A stretch of DNA of 64,000 nucleotides from sequence record NC_047979.1, one strand, 5' to 3'. Positions within the stretch are counted from its first letter, which is position 1. Each line of letters begins with the position of its first letter. The notes under the pieces are model-generated. The model was not told the origin of the DNA. It did no database searches and worked only from the letters and a program-made list of their open reading frames with translations. This stretch comes from Escherichia phage Gostya9. Shown here piece after piece: positions 45,411 to 55,459 of this stretch. A program made the position numbers and the translations under genes.

Positions 45411-45547
45411 CTACAATTTTAAATAAGCCTATGATATTGCATTTAAATAAAAAATTTGCTTGCTTATAAAGGTAGAAATATGATACTAGATAATCATTTA
45501 TTTATACGCGAAATATTACAGTATTAGATGGCGAAAGAAAAATTTAA

Positions 45548-45576
45548 TTGACATAGTGGGTAATATTTAGTATAAT
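45548..45576 (+). promoter_or_regulatory. sigma70 promoter for nrdD (divergent from phoH promoter)
   Basis: TTGACA-17-TATAAT on plus strand; a second candidate TTGCTT-17-TATGAT near 45455. Confidence 0.6.
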
Positions 45577-45709
45577 AAGTGTAAAAATTCTGAGGAGAAA
45601 ACTAACCCACAGTAACTACTGTAAAGAGTAGAACTGTCAGTACAGAAGTTTTAACGGGGTATAGAGGTCCTCGGTACTGTAGCTACAAAATTTATAGAGG
45701 AAATAATTA

Positions 45710-47536
45710 ATGACAGAGAATGAATTAATTGAGAATTGCAAAGGTCTGCTCACTCTAACTGCGGATAAAGACTTACAACATAATAATGCTAATAAGCCTA
45801 GTGAGATGTTCCATACTCAAAGAGACTTATTGGCCGGAGAAATCAACAAGTATTTAGTATCGCAGGAATTACCCAAACATCTATTAGACGCCCATAATCT
45901 AGGTAAGATACACATTCATGATATGGATTACAGAGCGCAGGGGTACACTAACTGTTGCTTAGTAGACCTTGGTGGCATGCTGAAGAATGGTACTAAAATT
46001 GGTAATGCAAATATTGAAACTCCTAAATCCATAACTACTGCATGTGCAATCACTGCCCAGATTATTGCACAAGTATCTGGTGCTCAGTATGGTGGCACCT
46101 CTATTGATCGTATCGACGAGGTTCTAGCCCCGTATGTCAGAAAGTCTTACAATAAACATCTGGGTCGTGGTCTACGTTGGCTCAAGGATGAAAGAAAAGC
46201 TGCCGTGTACGCTACTGAGCTTACTGAAAAAGAGTGTTATGATGCATTCCAAGCTCTAGAGTATGAAACTAATTCATTATTTAACTCTAACGGGCAGACT
46301 CCTTTTGTTACGCTTGGCTTTGGGCTAGGACAGGGGTGGGAGGAAAGGATGATTCAGAAAGCCATCCTCCAAAATCGTATTAAAGGTTTAGGTGCTGCTG
46401 AGTCAACCCCTATCTTCCCTAAACTAGTATTCTCAGTTAAAGAAGGATTAAATAAAAATCCAGGGGATCCTAACTACGATATAAAACAGCTAGCACTTGA
46501 GTGTTCTGCTACTCGTATGTATCCAGACTATTTAAGTTACGAGAAAGTTGTAGCTGTTACTGGTGATTTTAAAGCCCCTATGGGTTGTCGTAGTTTTTTA
46601 TCTGCTATCCCCTCTGGAGAAATTGCAGGGCGTAATAATTTAGGTGTAGTGTCTATCAATCTACCTATGGTTGCTGCTGAGGCAGATGGAGTTTTTGAAG
46701 ATTTCTGGGATATTCTAGACAAATATGTGGATGAGGCTTTTGAAGCGCATGACTTCTTCTTAAACAGACTGAAGAAAGTTAAGGCTAAACAAGCCCCTAT
46801 TCTTTATATGCACGGCGGTTTTGGTGTACGTTTAGATGGGGAAGAATATGTATGGCCTATTTTTGAAGGTAGATCTTCTGTATCTCTTGGGTACATTGGG
46901 GTCTATGAGATGTGTCAAATAATGTTTAGTTTACCACAGACTCATAGGGACTGTATTGAGTTTACAGAGGAAGTTCTCACTCACCTAAAAAATCGTTGCG
47001 AAGTTAAAGCTAACGAGACTAATCTTGGGTTTAGCTTGTATGCAACTCCTAGTGAGTCTCTATGTAATCGCTTTAATAAACTACTGGAACGTAGATTCCC
47101 AGAGTATTCTTGGCTAACAGATAAAGGCTATCTCACTAATAGTCACCATTTGGACGTAAGAGAGAAGGTAGCTCCGGATACTAAATTTGAGTATGAAGCT
47201 CATTTCACCAAAATAGCTAATGGTGGTAATATATCGTTTGTGGAACTACCACAAATGAAAAAGTTCCATAAAGCTCTTGAATACGTAGTAGATAAGGGAT
47301 TAGAATGTAGCCATTATATTGGTGTTAATATACCAATTGATGAGTGCTTCAACTGTGGGTATATGGGTGAATCTGTTGCCTCTGAACGTGGGTTTGTATG
47401 TCCGAGTTGTGGATCTGAAGAAATAGAGGTTACACGTAGGGTTTGTGGGTACCTGGGATCCCCGGGCAGTAGGCCTTTCAATTCTGGGAAACAAAAAGAA
47501 GTGCTTGGTAGAGTAAAACACTTAAATCTTAAGTAA
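45710..47536 (+). CDS. nrdD: anaerobic ribonucleoside-triphosphate reductase (class III)
   Basis: 608 aa; C-terminal zinc ribbon CxxC..CxxC and glycyl-radical motif RVCGY. Confidence 0.85.
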   Translation: MTENELIENCKGLLTLTADKDLQHNNANKPSEMFHTQRDLLAGEINKYLVSQELPKHLLDAHNLGKIHIHDMDYRAQGYTNCCLVDLGGMLKNGTKIGNANIETPKSITTACAITAQIIAQVSGAQYGGTSIDRIDEVLAPYVRKSYNKHLGRGLRWLKDERKAAVYATELTEKECYDAFQALEYETNSLFNSNGQTPFVTLGFGLGQGWEERMIQKAILQNRIKGLGAAESTPIFPKLVFSVKEGLNKNPGDPNYDIKQLALECSATRMYPDYLSYEKVVAVTGDFKAPMGCRSFLSAIPSGEIAGRNNLGVVSINLPMVAAEADGVFEDFWDILDKYVDEAFEAHDFFLNRLKKVKAKQAPILYMHGGFGVRLDGEEYVWPIFEGRSSVSLGYIGVYEMCQIMFSLPQTHRDCIEFTEEVLTHLKNRCEVKANETNLGFSLYATPSESLCNRFNKLLERRFPEYSWLTDKGYLTNSHHLDVREKVAPDTKFEYEAHFTKIANGGNISFVELPQMKKFHKALEYVVDKGLECSHYIGVNIPIDECFNCGYMGESVASERGFVCPSCGSEEIEVTRRVCGYLGSPGSRPFNSGKQKEVLGRVKHLNLK

Positions 47537-47543
47537 GCTAATC

Positions 47544-47576
47544 AGCCAGGTTGCTAGTCGACCTGGCTTTTATTTT
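47544..47576 (+). terminator. rho-independent terminator after nrdD
   Basis: GCCAGGT..ACCTGGC hairpin followed by TTTTATTTT. Confidence 0.6.
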
Positions 47577-47578
47577 AT

Positions 47579-47607
47579 TTGCTTTCAGCTAAAAATATAT
47601 GTATAAT
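47579..47607 (+). promoter_or_regulatory. sigma70 promoter
   Basis: TTGCTT-17-TATAAT followed by conserved leader and GAGGAGG RBS. Confidence 0.65.
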
Positions 47608-47636
47608 AGATTTATAAATTTGAGGAGGTAGGAATT

Positions 47637-48017
47637 ATGGCTTTAAAACCGTATATAGTGGAGTCTACGTGTGGTGGTTTCCACCTGGGTGTGGATGATA
47701 TTGCTGAGGCTGTCTTTGCTGCCACAGGTGATTACTCTCATATAGAGGGTGCTGGATACCCCACCGTTATTGGTGATTGGGTGGAAACAAATCTAGATGT
47801 ATCGCCTTATAACCCGTATTGCTTGTTTGATGAAGACAGAGATGAAGTAAAATGTAATCTTGAATTTGTGTATAATAGAGTGTTAAAAGTATACCAACGT
47901 AGTCCCGAGGGATACGAAGATATTACTTGGAGTATTAAACAGTATCTTAAAGATGTATACTCTAGTTTTTCTGACGAAGGCCTAGAAACAGTTGCAGTGG
48001 AGTTTAATAATGACTAA
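47637..48017 (+). CDS. hypothetical protein
   Basis: 126-aa ORF with strong RBS. Confidence 0.5.
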   Translation: MALKPYIVESTCGGFHLGVDDIAEAVFAATGDYSHIEGAGYPTVIGDWVETNLDVSPYNPYCLFDEDRDEVKCNLEFVYNRVLKVYQRSPEGYEDITWSIKQYLKDVYSSFSDEGLETVAVEFNND

Positions 48018-48243
48018 GAATGTGAAACACCTTAAATATCGTTTAATCTATAACGGACGTATGGAAACTGAAGAGCTAGCTCAATTAGCTATTAACTCTA
48101 ATGAGGTTATGGTGCGTGCGCTAGCAATTGAAAAGTTGCGGGCTTCTTATGAAAGTCGTATTATGGAACTAGAGGAGAAACTTTATGGACTTCTCGAAGC
48201 CGAAGCTAGAAGCAATTCAGAGGACAGGCCTACTAAGCAATAG
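48010..48243 (+). CDS. hypothetical protein
   Basis: internal ATG after GTGGAG RBS; overlaps upstream stop. Confidence 0.4.
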   Translation: MTKNVKHLKYRLIYNGRMETEELAQLAINSNEVMVRALAIEKLRASYESRIMELEEKLYGLLEAEARSNSEDRPTKQ

Positions 48244-48311
48244 AAGGTATGTATATAGGGAGTAATTTTACCTCAAAACATTATTGAAGGATTTAAGAGA
48301 GGGATTGTACA

Positions 48312-49139
48312 GTGCGTAGATTAATTATTATTAGCGGTGCAGGTTTGAGTGTTGAAAGTGGTGTACGAGCCTTCCGTACTGATACTGCTAGTGGTAAAGC
48401 ATTGTGGGATGATTATGATCTAGAAGAAGTATGTAATATTCATGCCTTTCGTGGTAATTTTTATCATAAAACTCATATGTTTTACAACAAGCGTCGTGAA
48501 GAGTTAGAAACTGTTGAACCCAATCTTGCACACTTGCGTATTGGTGAATGGCATAAGAAATACCAGGGTCAAGTAGTAAACTTGACTACCAACGTTGATG
48601 ACCTTATTGAGCGTGCTGGCGTTCCACATAGTGACATTCTGCACATTCATGGGTATTTAAAAGAGGTTGTTGTAGCTGATAGCTACAATAGTAGCAATAA
48701 ACGAGTTATTGATGTTGGGTATAGCTCTATTGACCCAGAGGATTATAAATGGGTTAAACCTAATGTAGTCTTCTTTGGTGAGCATGCTCCAGCGTACGCA
48801 GAAATGTACAATATTTTTGATGGTATTACCAGTCAAGATATGATTATTGTGGTTGGTTGCTCTAACCAAGTAATTAACTTCTACTGGGAATTATTCCCTG
48901 TTCTTAACCGTACTGCTGCGAAACTTATGGTGGTTAACTACTACGATATTACCCTCGCGGCAGAACCAGGCTATCAAGGTATGACTCGTAGTGAGATGTA
49001 CCAACTGGAAGAACGGGGTATTCCTTACTGGGGTAAAGGTGCGGTAGATGCTTTCAGTGACCCTGATTTTATTGCTCGTGTGGAAGCCCATTTAGAGGGT
49101 AGACCTTATATGCCGGGGAACAAATATGTCCATAGTTAA
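48312..49139 (+). CDS. Sir2-family NAD-dependent deacetylase / ADP-ribosyltransferase-like protein
   Basis: 275 aa; N-terminal GAGLSVESGVRAFR matches the sirtuin GAGIS.ESGIP.FR NAD-binding motif. Confidence 0.65.
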   Translation: MRRLIIISGAGLSVESGVRAFRTDTASGKALWDDYDLEEVCNIHAFRGNFYHKTHMFYNKRREELETVEPNLAHLRIGEWHKKYQGQVVNLTTNVDDLIERAGVPHSDILHIHGYLKEVVVADSYNSSNKRVIDVGYSSIDPEDYKWVKPNVVFFGEHAPAYAEMYNIFDGITSQDMIIVVGCSNQVINFYWELFPVLNRTAAKLMVVNYYDITLAAEPGYQGMTRSEMYQLEERGIPYWGKGAVDAFSDPDFIARVEAHLEGRPYMPGNKYVHS

Positions 49140-49308
49140 ATCTGTATGTACACATCCCGATGATATATTTGTATGGGCGGATGGTAGTTGGTGTTATCGA
49201 TGTGAGCTATGGGAAATGGACTATAAATCCGATGACTATGGTGTCATATATGTTGATACGGTTGAGTATGATACGTTCTTAGAAAGGAACAAAAATGGAA
49301 ATAAGTAA
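49126..49308 (+). CDS. small Cys-rich protein
   Basis: 60 aa with C..C..CYRC pattern. Confidence 0.4.
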   Translation: MSIVKSVCTHPDDIFVWADGSWCYRCELWEMDYKSDDYGVIYVDTVEYDTFLERNKNGNK

Positions 49309-49681
49309 TACTCCAATTATTTTTCTAGACATTGATGGGGTGCTTAATTCGAGCATCTCCCATCACCATGCACCTGATGATGAAAAGGTTTTCTTTGGAA
49401 GTGACTGGGTTTTTAAACCGCTTCTCAAGGTTTTTCAGGACTTTATTCGTCCTTCTCCAATAATGATTGTTGGGGTATCCTCATGGTTCTCTGTCAGGAA
49501 TGAGATGGAGAACGTTCAGATTATGACCGGATTAGGTCTTATCGATCGTTTTCTTGGTATAACGGGTTTTACTGGTGGTGGGCTATCTAGAGGTAATTCT
49601 GTTCTTCACTTCGTTGAAAAGCATAAGCTCAAACATTGGTGCTATGATGTATCAGTATCCAACGGTTATAGTCAACGGTAG
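49295..49681 (+). CDS. HAD-like phosphatase
   Basis: 128 aa; HAD motif I FLDIDGVLN at N-terminus. Confidence 0.5.
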   Translation: MEISNTPIIFLDIDGVLNSSISHHHAPDDEKVFFGSDWVFKPLLKVFQDFIRPSPIMIVGVSSWFSVRNEMENVQIMTGLGLIDRFLGITGFTGGGLSRGNSVLHFVEKHKLKHWCYDVSVSNGYSQR

Positions 49682-49783
49682 AACTGGAATAAATCTTCAA
49701 GATTTAAGAGCTGTTAGCTATATGCTAGAATTTAGTCCAGATCTTGAAATGTGTAAAGCTCTACAACAATTTAAGGTGTAAAT

Positions 49784-50212
49784 ATGTTCAATAATGTATT
49801 CTCTAAAGAAGCTAACCCAATATTGGTTAATTTTTGGCGTACTCTTCCAGCCAACCTGTACAATGAGGCTATTAATGCTCTGAAAATATGGTGTGAGAAT
49901 AATGAAATCTCCTTTGCTTTTAAGGATGAGATTGAAGAAGCTCCCTGTATTGGTTTAATTGTGCAGGTAGAGGATGGCTTTGAAGAGATTGTCGGCTGGA
50001 AAGAGTTGGATGAAATGGGATTGGTTTTTGCATTAAACTATAAGCTGTTTATGCCTAATAAACACCGTATTGTTGTTAATTATAAAACCAGTGAATCTCC
50101 TGGTTTTCAAGTTAATGAACATTACGGTTGGTCTTACTCACCGGAAGAAGTAAATGATGGTATCCAAAGACTTCGTCGTTTTGGTTATCAAATTCCGGGT
50201 TTAACTGCCTAA
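49784..50212 (+). CDS. hypothetical protein, tandem paralog A
   Basis: 142 aa; shares EE.PC.G..L..MGL..AL...LF.P and C-terminal GY.IPGL with 50222..50614. Confidence 0.5.
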   Translation: MFNNVFSKEANPILVNFWRTLPANLYNEAINALKIWCENNEISFAFKDEIEEAPCIGLIVQVEDGFEEIVGWKELDEMGLVFALNYKLFMPNKHRIVVNYKTSESPGFQVNEHYGWSYSPEEVNDGIQRLRRFGYQIPGLTA

Positions 50213-50221
50213 GGGGGCACA

Positions 50222-50614
50222 ATGGAACAAGTATATTGGCGTCAGATTGATCCTAGTTTGGTGAAGAGTGCGGAGAAGCTGCTACAACGTTGGTTGGGGG
50301 TAAGACAAGCCTCCTTCACTTTTCCGGAGCAGCAAATAGACGATCCCTGTGTTGGTGTTTTCCTATCAGGCTACGCTAGGGAAGTGGAATTGGATTGGAA
50401 TGAATTGTCTGCTATGGGTTTAATTGTTGCACTAGATTTCTCTTTGTTCCATCCAAGTGGTTTGGCAATATGTCGTGTGCCTGATGACGGTTGTTCGCCC
50501 CATCTTTTACAGGTGGAAGATAATATTTGGGAGTACCCTCCAGATATTCTCAAAGAAGCTAAAGAACAATTAAATCGTGTTGGGATTTATGTTCCAGGCC
50601 TGAATGATGAATGA
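50222..50614 (+). CDS. hypothetical protein, tandem paralog B
   Basis: 130 aa; paralog of 49784..50212. Confidence 0.5.
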   Translation: MEQVYWRQIDPSLVKSAEKLLQRWLGVRQASFTFPEQQIDDPCVGVFLSGYAREVELDWNELSAMGLIVALDFSLFHPSGLAICRVPDDGCSPHLLQVEDNIWEYPPDILKEAKEQLNRVGIYVPGLNDE

Positions 50615-50635
50615 TTTTTATTAGCTGAACTCTGA

Positions 50636-50663
50636 TTACCGAGTCATTTTGGCTCGGTTTTCT
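50636..50663 (+). terminator. rho-independent terminator
   Basis: ACCGAG..CTCGGT hairpin followed by TTTTCTC. Confidence 0.55.
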
Positions 50664-50705
50664 CTATGCTCAAAGACACTGGTAGCAGCATCCGGAAAAT
50701 TTTAC

Positions 50706-50734
50706 TTGCATGATGCCCAAAATCTTGATATAAT
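50706..50734 (+). promoter_or_regulatory. sigma70 promoter
   Basis: TTGCAT-17-TATAAT; followed by about 600 nt without a convincing ORF. Confidence 0.65.
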
Positions 50735-51331
50735 ATTTATATTGAATTGAGAGACATTAGTAAAAATTGATTTTGCTAATTTTTCTTAGTGAAGCTGACA
50801 AGGGATTTACGGCGAGAGGAATCGATGACCCGTAAATAGCTGCATAAGGTACGTTGCTAGAGCTTTACGAAAAAGTTTTTTCTTGTTTACAATCCGCGAT
50901 ACGGAACAGTTAGGCTGCCCCATTAAGGGTTGTTTTAACTGTTACGTGTTAGTTTTTAAACAACTAATTAATAGAATACTTAGCGATCTGCGTCCCATAG
51001 GAACCCTGGTAAGGCCTCGAAGCAACCTAGTATGAGGTGGTTGTGAAGTGAGATGGGAGGAGTGAAAAACTACCGAGACGTGATTCTGTAAGTTATATTG
51101 CATCTAGTATGAGCTAGTATATGAAGCATTAGGTGAGCAAATCTGGCTTAGCGGCCATCCTCAAGGATTTGTGCGGTATAATGAGGCAGCAGCGCAGCGT
51201 GAAAGTGGAAGTTGCCACCCCACTTCAGTATTTGCAATTAATTTGTTGAGAAATTGACAGTAACAGTTGTTCTATTCTTTCTGAATAGTCCTAAAGAAAA
51301 CTTATTTCATTTCCAACACAGGAGTATTGTT
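50735..51331 (+). ncRNA. candidate structured non-coding RNA / long leader (function unknown)
   Basis: promoter-proximal; only tiny ORFs; multiple hairpins (ATTTACGG..CCGTAAAT, ACAGTTA..TAACTGT, CCC-ATTAA-GGG); higher GC than flanks. Confidence 0.35.
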
Positions 51332-54121
51332 GTGTTTTCAATCCTACAAGGTCATGCAGGATTTCATCGCGATTTAGCCACGGGCAATTGGCGAGAAGTT
51401 AAAGCAGAAGATTATCTTTTTGCTAAAAGATTTTCCTCAAAGCATCCTGAAGGTAAACCAGCTTCAATGCCCTTCAAGTTTGATGTAATTGACGAAGTTG
51501 ATCCTCAAACCCTAGTAGAAATGCTCCCTCTTATGAGACGTTTAACGTCTGACCCTCATATCGTTGCGGTACGAGGTCGATGTCTTGCACCTAAAAATAA
51601 TGTGCGGCGTAAGAAGGGCAACTTTAATGTATCTAATCCTAGTAATATTATTGCTATGGACGTGGATGGTATTGTAGATACAGGTGGTTGTAACAAGTTT
51701 GATCTTGTTGGCATGGCTCGACATATTATTAGGATGTTAAATAGTATTAGTGAGGATATGTTTCCTCTTGATGCAGGGTTTATTGCTCATGCATCGTCTT
51801 CGGCTGGGCTAAAACCAGGTATCCGAATGCACTTAATACTAGAATCTAATGTTAAAGTAACTCAGGGTCAAATCAAGTTCTTATTTACATCTATCAACGA
51901 AAGTAGTAGACAAAAGTATGGCTTTGATATTGCCGACTTAGCTTATTACTCTTCCGTACAGCTCCATTATTTTGCAGATCCTCTATTTATTGATGGTATA
52001 GTTGATCCGTTTAAAGCGGAGGGTGCTTCACGTCTGGTATTTGTTAAGGGTTCTAAAGTAAATTTACCTAATAATCTAGTTGACTATGAAACAACTAGAG
52101 GAGAGTTTAAAGAGGAATTCTACTCTTTACTCGATCAAATTAAAGGTAAAAAAGCTGCCTCTGATAAAGTAGAGGAAACTATCAGTGAGCTAGAAGAGGC
52201 TGATGATGGGGTATACTTACGTATTATTCCAAAGCTATATCACCGAGCGTTAGAGGATGGGGTAGATTTTGGTTGGCTAGAAAAAGAAATCCGCCCAGCT
52301 TTATCAGAATATATTGCAACTAAAGATAATAGCCGTAATATTCAAGACTACTTTAACAACGGTCGAAAACAGGCTCTGAAAGCATTTGTTAATAATTCTA
52401 AACGTGATATACCCGATGTTTTAAAAGGTATTCCGCTTAAAAAGCTAGAAACTAATTCACTAGAGACCGACAACTTCTTGAAATTAAATACTGTACCACC
52501 AGAAGGCTATATGACTTTTGTAAAAGCAAGTCTAGGTACAGGTAAAACCACGGCGGTTGTGCGTTGGCTGGATTCAGGAGTTATTAAAGGTAATTTCTTA
52601 GCAGTTACCAACACTAGAGCACTGGTATCTTCAAATGCTAAGAAATTTAGTGCAGGACAATACGATAAGTCTGTAGATATGCTTAATTTTAAGCGTGGTG
52701 CTATTGACCGTATGTCCACAACCATTCACTCTTTGCATAAGTTTAAGAGTTTTATTGGTCAAATTGATGCAATCTTTATAGATGAATGTGATGCAGTAAT
52801 GAATGACCTATTATTCGCCCCGGTTGTTAAGCAACGTCGTGAGTGTATTCAGGTTCTTCGTGATATTCTTGCAACTGCAAAAATCATTATACTATCCGAT
52901 GGTGATATTAGTGCCGAGACGATTGAAGCATATGGTTCTTTGATTGAGTTCGATAAACCAGTTGCATTCTATAATCATCACCGTAAGATGCTGTCAAAAG
53001 CTCATGCTTATGAGTTCCCTGATGAGTCCAGTATTTGGGTTGCACTTCAGACTTCTCTAGAGATGGGTGAGAAATCTATTCTAGTATCTGATTGTGGCCC
53101 TGATGAGCTGAATGAGAAGGGTATGGCACTACGTCGTAATACTGGTGCATTAGTTAAAGAAATCCATTCAAACTCCACTTCAGATGTGGATATTCGACGT
53201 ATTCTGGATTATACAACTAATGAGCTAATTGATCAACAAATTGATTGCTTATTATGTAGTCCATCCGTAACGAGTGGTGTTGACTTTAACTATTTCGATA
53301 ATGTATTTGTTATTACTAGAACCAGTAATCAGGCGCCAAACATGCGTTTTCAAGCAATCAGGCGCGACCGTGGTGCTCAGAATATCTATTATTTTATTGA
53401 TAAATCCACTAGTGGATTCTCTGCGGGTTCTGAACAATATAATATCGATGAAGGTTGGCTGGAGTTAGCACAGCAATTATATGCACGTCGCAGGGAGCTG
53501 GAGTCTAGGAACTATACTAGTACTTTACGTTATTACTTGCTTGATCAGGGTGCAACTATTGATATTTTCAGTGAAAGCTGGGGAACTATTGAAGGTGCTG
53601 GTAAAGAATACACAGAAGAGCGAATCAAAGCTATTCTACATTCAACTCCTGATTATTGTGCTCCACGTCATGCGGATGCGTATGAGGCTAAACTACTTAT
53701 TGTTCGCTATTATCATCTTGAGTCTATTAAAGATGTAACAGTTGAGCATGTTGAACAATATATCAAAGATAAGCCGAATGATCGAGCTGCATTCTTCCAT
53801 AAGATGCACGAGATGTTCTGGGAAGATATTAAGAAGTGTTCAAATGTGACCATTAAACCATTCATAGAAGCTCTGAAAGGTAAGAAGAAAGATTTCTTCC
53901 TTAAAACAGGTCAGAGTGCTAACCCAAAATATGCTAGAATGTATCTTGGTATGATGGGTATTGGTAAAGATATGAACACGGAGAATATCGTAGACTGGTA
54001 TAGAACCTACTGCAAAATCGAATGTATGCCAATTCCTTTCAAATTCATGACAGAAGAAGAGAAAGCTATGGCAGAAGAAGCAATGTCAGAGCTAGGTGCT
54101 AGAAATGACAGTGAAGAATAA
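51332..54121 (+). CDS. superfamily helicase-like protein (putative replication-origin-binding protein)
   Basis: GTG start 8 nt after AGGAG RBS (929 aa); Walker A GTGKTT and Walker B IFIDECD. Confidence 0.6.
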   Translation: MFSILQGHAGFHRDLATGNWREVKAEDYLFAKRFSSKHPEGKPASMPFKFDVIDEVDPQTLVEMLPLMRRLTSDPHIVAVRGRCLAPKNNVRRKKGNFNVSNPSNIIAMDVDGIVDTGGCNKFDLVGMARHIIRMLNSISEDMFPLDAGFIAHASSSAGLKPGIRMHLILESNVKVTQGQIKFLFTSINESSRQKYGFDIADLAYYSSVQLHYFADPLFIDGIVDPFKAEGASRLVFVKGSKVNLPNNLVDYETTRGEFKEEFYSLLDQIKGKKAASDKVEETISELEEADDGVYLRIIPKLYHRALEDGVDFGWLEKEIRPALSEYIATKDNSRNIQDYFNNGRKQALKAFVNNSKRDIPDVLKGIPLKKLETNSLETDNFLKLNTVPPEGYMTFVKASLGTGKTTAVVRWLDSGVIKGNFLAVTNTRALVSSNAKKFSAGQYDKSVDMLNFKRGAIDRMSTTIHSLHKFKSFIGQIDAIFIDECDAVMNDLLFAPVVKQRRECIQVLRDILATAKIIILSDGDISAETIEAYGSLIEFDKPVAFYNHHRKMLSKAHAYEFPDESSIWVALQTSLEMGEKSILVSDCGPDELNEKGMALRRNTGALVKEIHSNSTSDVDIRRILDYTTNELIDQQIDCLLCSPSVTSGVDFNYFDNVFVITRTSNQAPNMRFQAIRRDRGAQNIYYFIDKSTSGFSAGSEQYNIDEGWLELAQQLYARRRELESRNYTSTLRYYLLDQGATIDIFSESWGTIEGAGKEYTEERIKAILHSTPDYCAPRHADAYEAKLLIVRYYHLESIKDVTVEHVEQYIKDKPNDRAAFFHKMHEMFWEDIKKCSNVTIKPFIEALKGKKKDFFLKTGQSANPKYARMYLGMMGIGKDMNTENIVDWYRTYCKIECMPIPFKFMTEEEKAMAEEAMSELGARNDSEE

Positions 54122-54338
54122 AAAATGGGAAACAAGGAAGTTTCCAGTAAAAGAACGTAAAGTTCCCATTTATGATACTTCGGAGAAGCTATGTAGGGTG
54201 GTACCGCACAGATTAGCTGGCATCCCTAACATATCCGAGTGGCTACTTAAACAACGGAGGACTAGCGTATCCCTTCGCATAGGGTTTGAGTTAGATAAAG
54301 TATATGCTGAACTTTCTTCTTTGCTCAAAGAATCATAA
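54096..54338 (+). CDS. small hypothetical protein
   Basis: 80-aa ORF overlapping upstream gene end. Confidence 0.35.
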   Translation: MLEMTVKNKKWETRKFPVKERKVPIYDTSEKLCRVVPHRLAGIPNISEWLLKQRRTSVSLRIGFELDKVYAELSSLLKES

Positions 54339-54348
54339 AAAATTTATT

Positions 54349-54377
54349 TGCATAGTTCAAAAAATTTCTGTATAATA
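54349..54377 (+). promoter_or_regulatory. sigma70 promoter
   Basis: TTGCAT-17-TATAAT with AT-rich upstream element and conserved leader. Confidence 0.7.
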
Positions 54378-54407
54378 GATTCATAAATTTGAGAGAGGAG
54401 TTTAAAT

Positions 54408-55112
54408 ATGGCTGGTTCTCGCAGAAAGAAACATATCCATGAAATCCCGGATGAAGTCTTTAAAAAGGTTATAGAGCATCTGGAGAACGGCGGTACTAAG
54501 AAAGCAGCATGTGAAATGCTCGGCGTATCATCCAACCCAACTATGGAAAGGATGATAGAAGAGTGGCAAGATCGCCAAATTCAAGTTGCCGAGATGAAGA
54601 AAAAGAAACGTGGTACACTCATTGAAGGCATCGAGTTAGCTAACGTTATTGAACAGTATTTATCTGGTGATTCTTTTGAAGAGATTGCCGATCGTAATTA
54701 CCGCTCTGTAGCAATGGTTAAATCTGTTCTGGAACGATATGGTGCTCTACTTCGTTTGAACGATATTGTAGATCCATTGAATCCACCAATTATTCCTGAC
54801 GATGCTGTAGCAGAAGAATTTGAGGTAGGTGAGCTTGTTTGGGTTCCTGGATACCAGTGTATCGGTGAAATCAAAAAAGCAATGGATAATCCTGTTGGTT
54901 GTTACCGTGTATGGCTTCTATCAGAAGGCAAACAACAGAACGTTCATTATATGAATTACGAGCTGGCTTCTGTTAAACATCTGGAAAAGCTAGGGGTTGA
55001 CGTAAAATCTCTGGGGTATAAATGGTCTCGGGAAGAAGTTATCACACTGATTAACGAAGCTGTTAAGGCCGCCCTGAAACTTGATAAAGAAAAAGGAAAA
55101 CGCCGTGAGTAA
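54408..55112 (+). CDS. putative DNA-binding protein
   Basis: 234-aa ORF with strong RBS; N-terminal HTH-like segment. Confidence 0.45.
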   Translation: MAGSRRKKHIHEIPDEVFKKVIEHLENGGTKKAACEMLGVSSNPTMERMIEEWQDRQIQVAEMKKKKRGTLIEGIELANVIEQYLSGDSFEEIADRNYRSVAMVKSVLERYGALLRLNDIVDPLNPPIIPDDAVAEEFEVGELVWVPGYQCIGEIKKAMDNPVGCYRVWLLSEGKQQNVHYMNYELASVKHLEKLGVDVKSLGYKWSREEVITLINEAVKAALKLDKEKGKRRE

Positions 55113-55356
55113 ACTAACTGATTTACTTAAAGATGGGGAAGTAAAAACACTATATCGTAGAAGCTGGGGTAACGATAATAACGGCTTAGTGTTACTAACT
55201 TTAGATGCTGACTCGGATGTAGCTACTCAACATACCTGGGTAGCGGGCAACTATCCATATAGCGAGGTTGTTTCATTAACAGTATGCGAAGCTGTTGCAG
55301 ACGATTGGGAGATTGCCAGCATTGATGATATGCTCGCTGTTGGCCTAGTGGAGTAA
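55081..55356 (+). CDS. hypothetical protein
   Basis: 91-aa ORF. Confidence 0.4.
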   Translation: MIKKKENAVSKLTDLLKDGEVKTLYRRSWGNDNNGLVLLTLDADSDVATQHTWVAGNYPYSEVVSLTVCEAVADDWEIASIDDMLAVGLVE

Positions 55357-55373
55357 CTACTTAAAAATTTCAG

Positions 55374-55402
55374 TTGCTTAATCCTACAATTCTTGATATA
55401 AT
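55374..55402 (+). promoter_or_regulatory. sigma70 promoter
   Basis: TTGCTT-17-TATAAT. Confidence 0.65.
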
Positions 55403-55459
55403 ATTCTCATAGTTTGAAAGAACTATTCTGTTTAATTCTTAATTAAGGAAATATAAAAT

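Noticed and set aside
50735-51331. Group I intron or retron ncRNA as the identity of the long leader
   Set aside because: It sits between a terminator and a promoter-proximal gene start rather than inside a gene, no reverse transcriptase is nearby, and I could not recognise P7/P3-type intron elements by eye; left as an unclassified structured RNA candidate.
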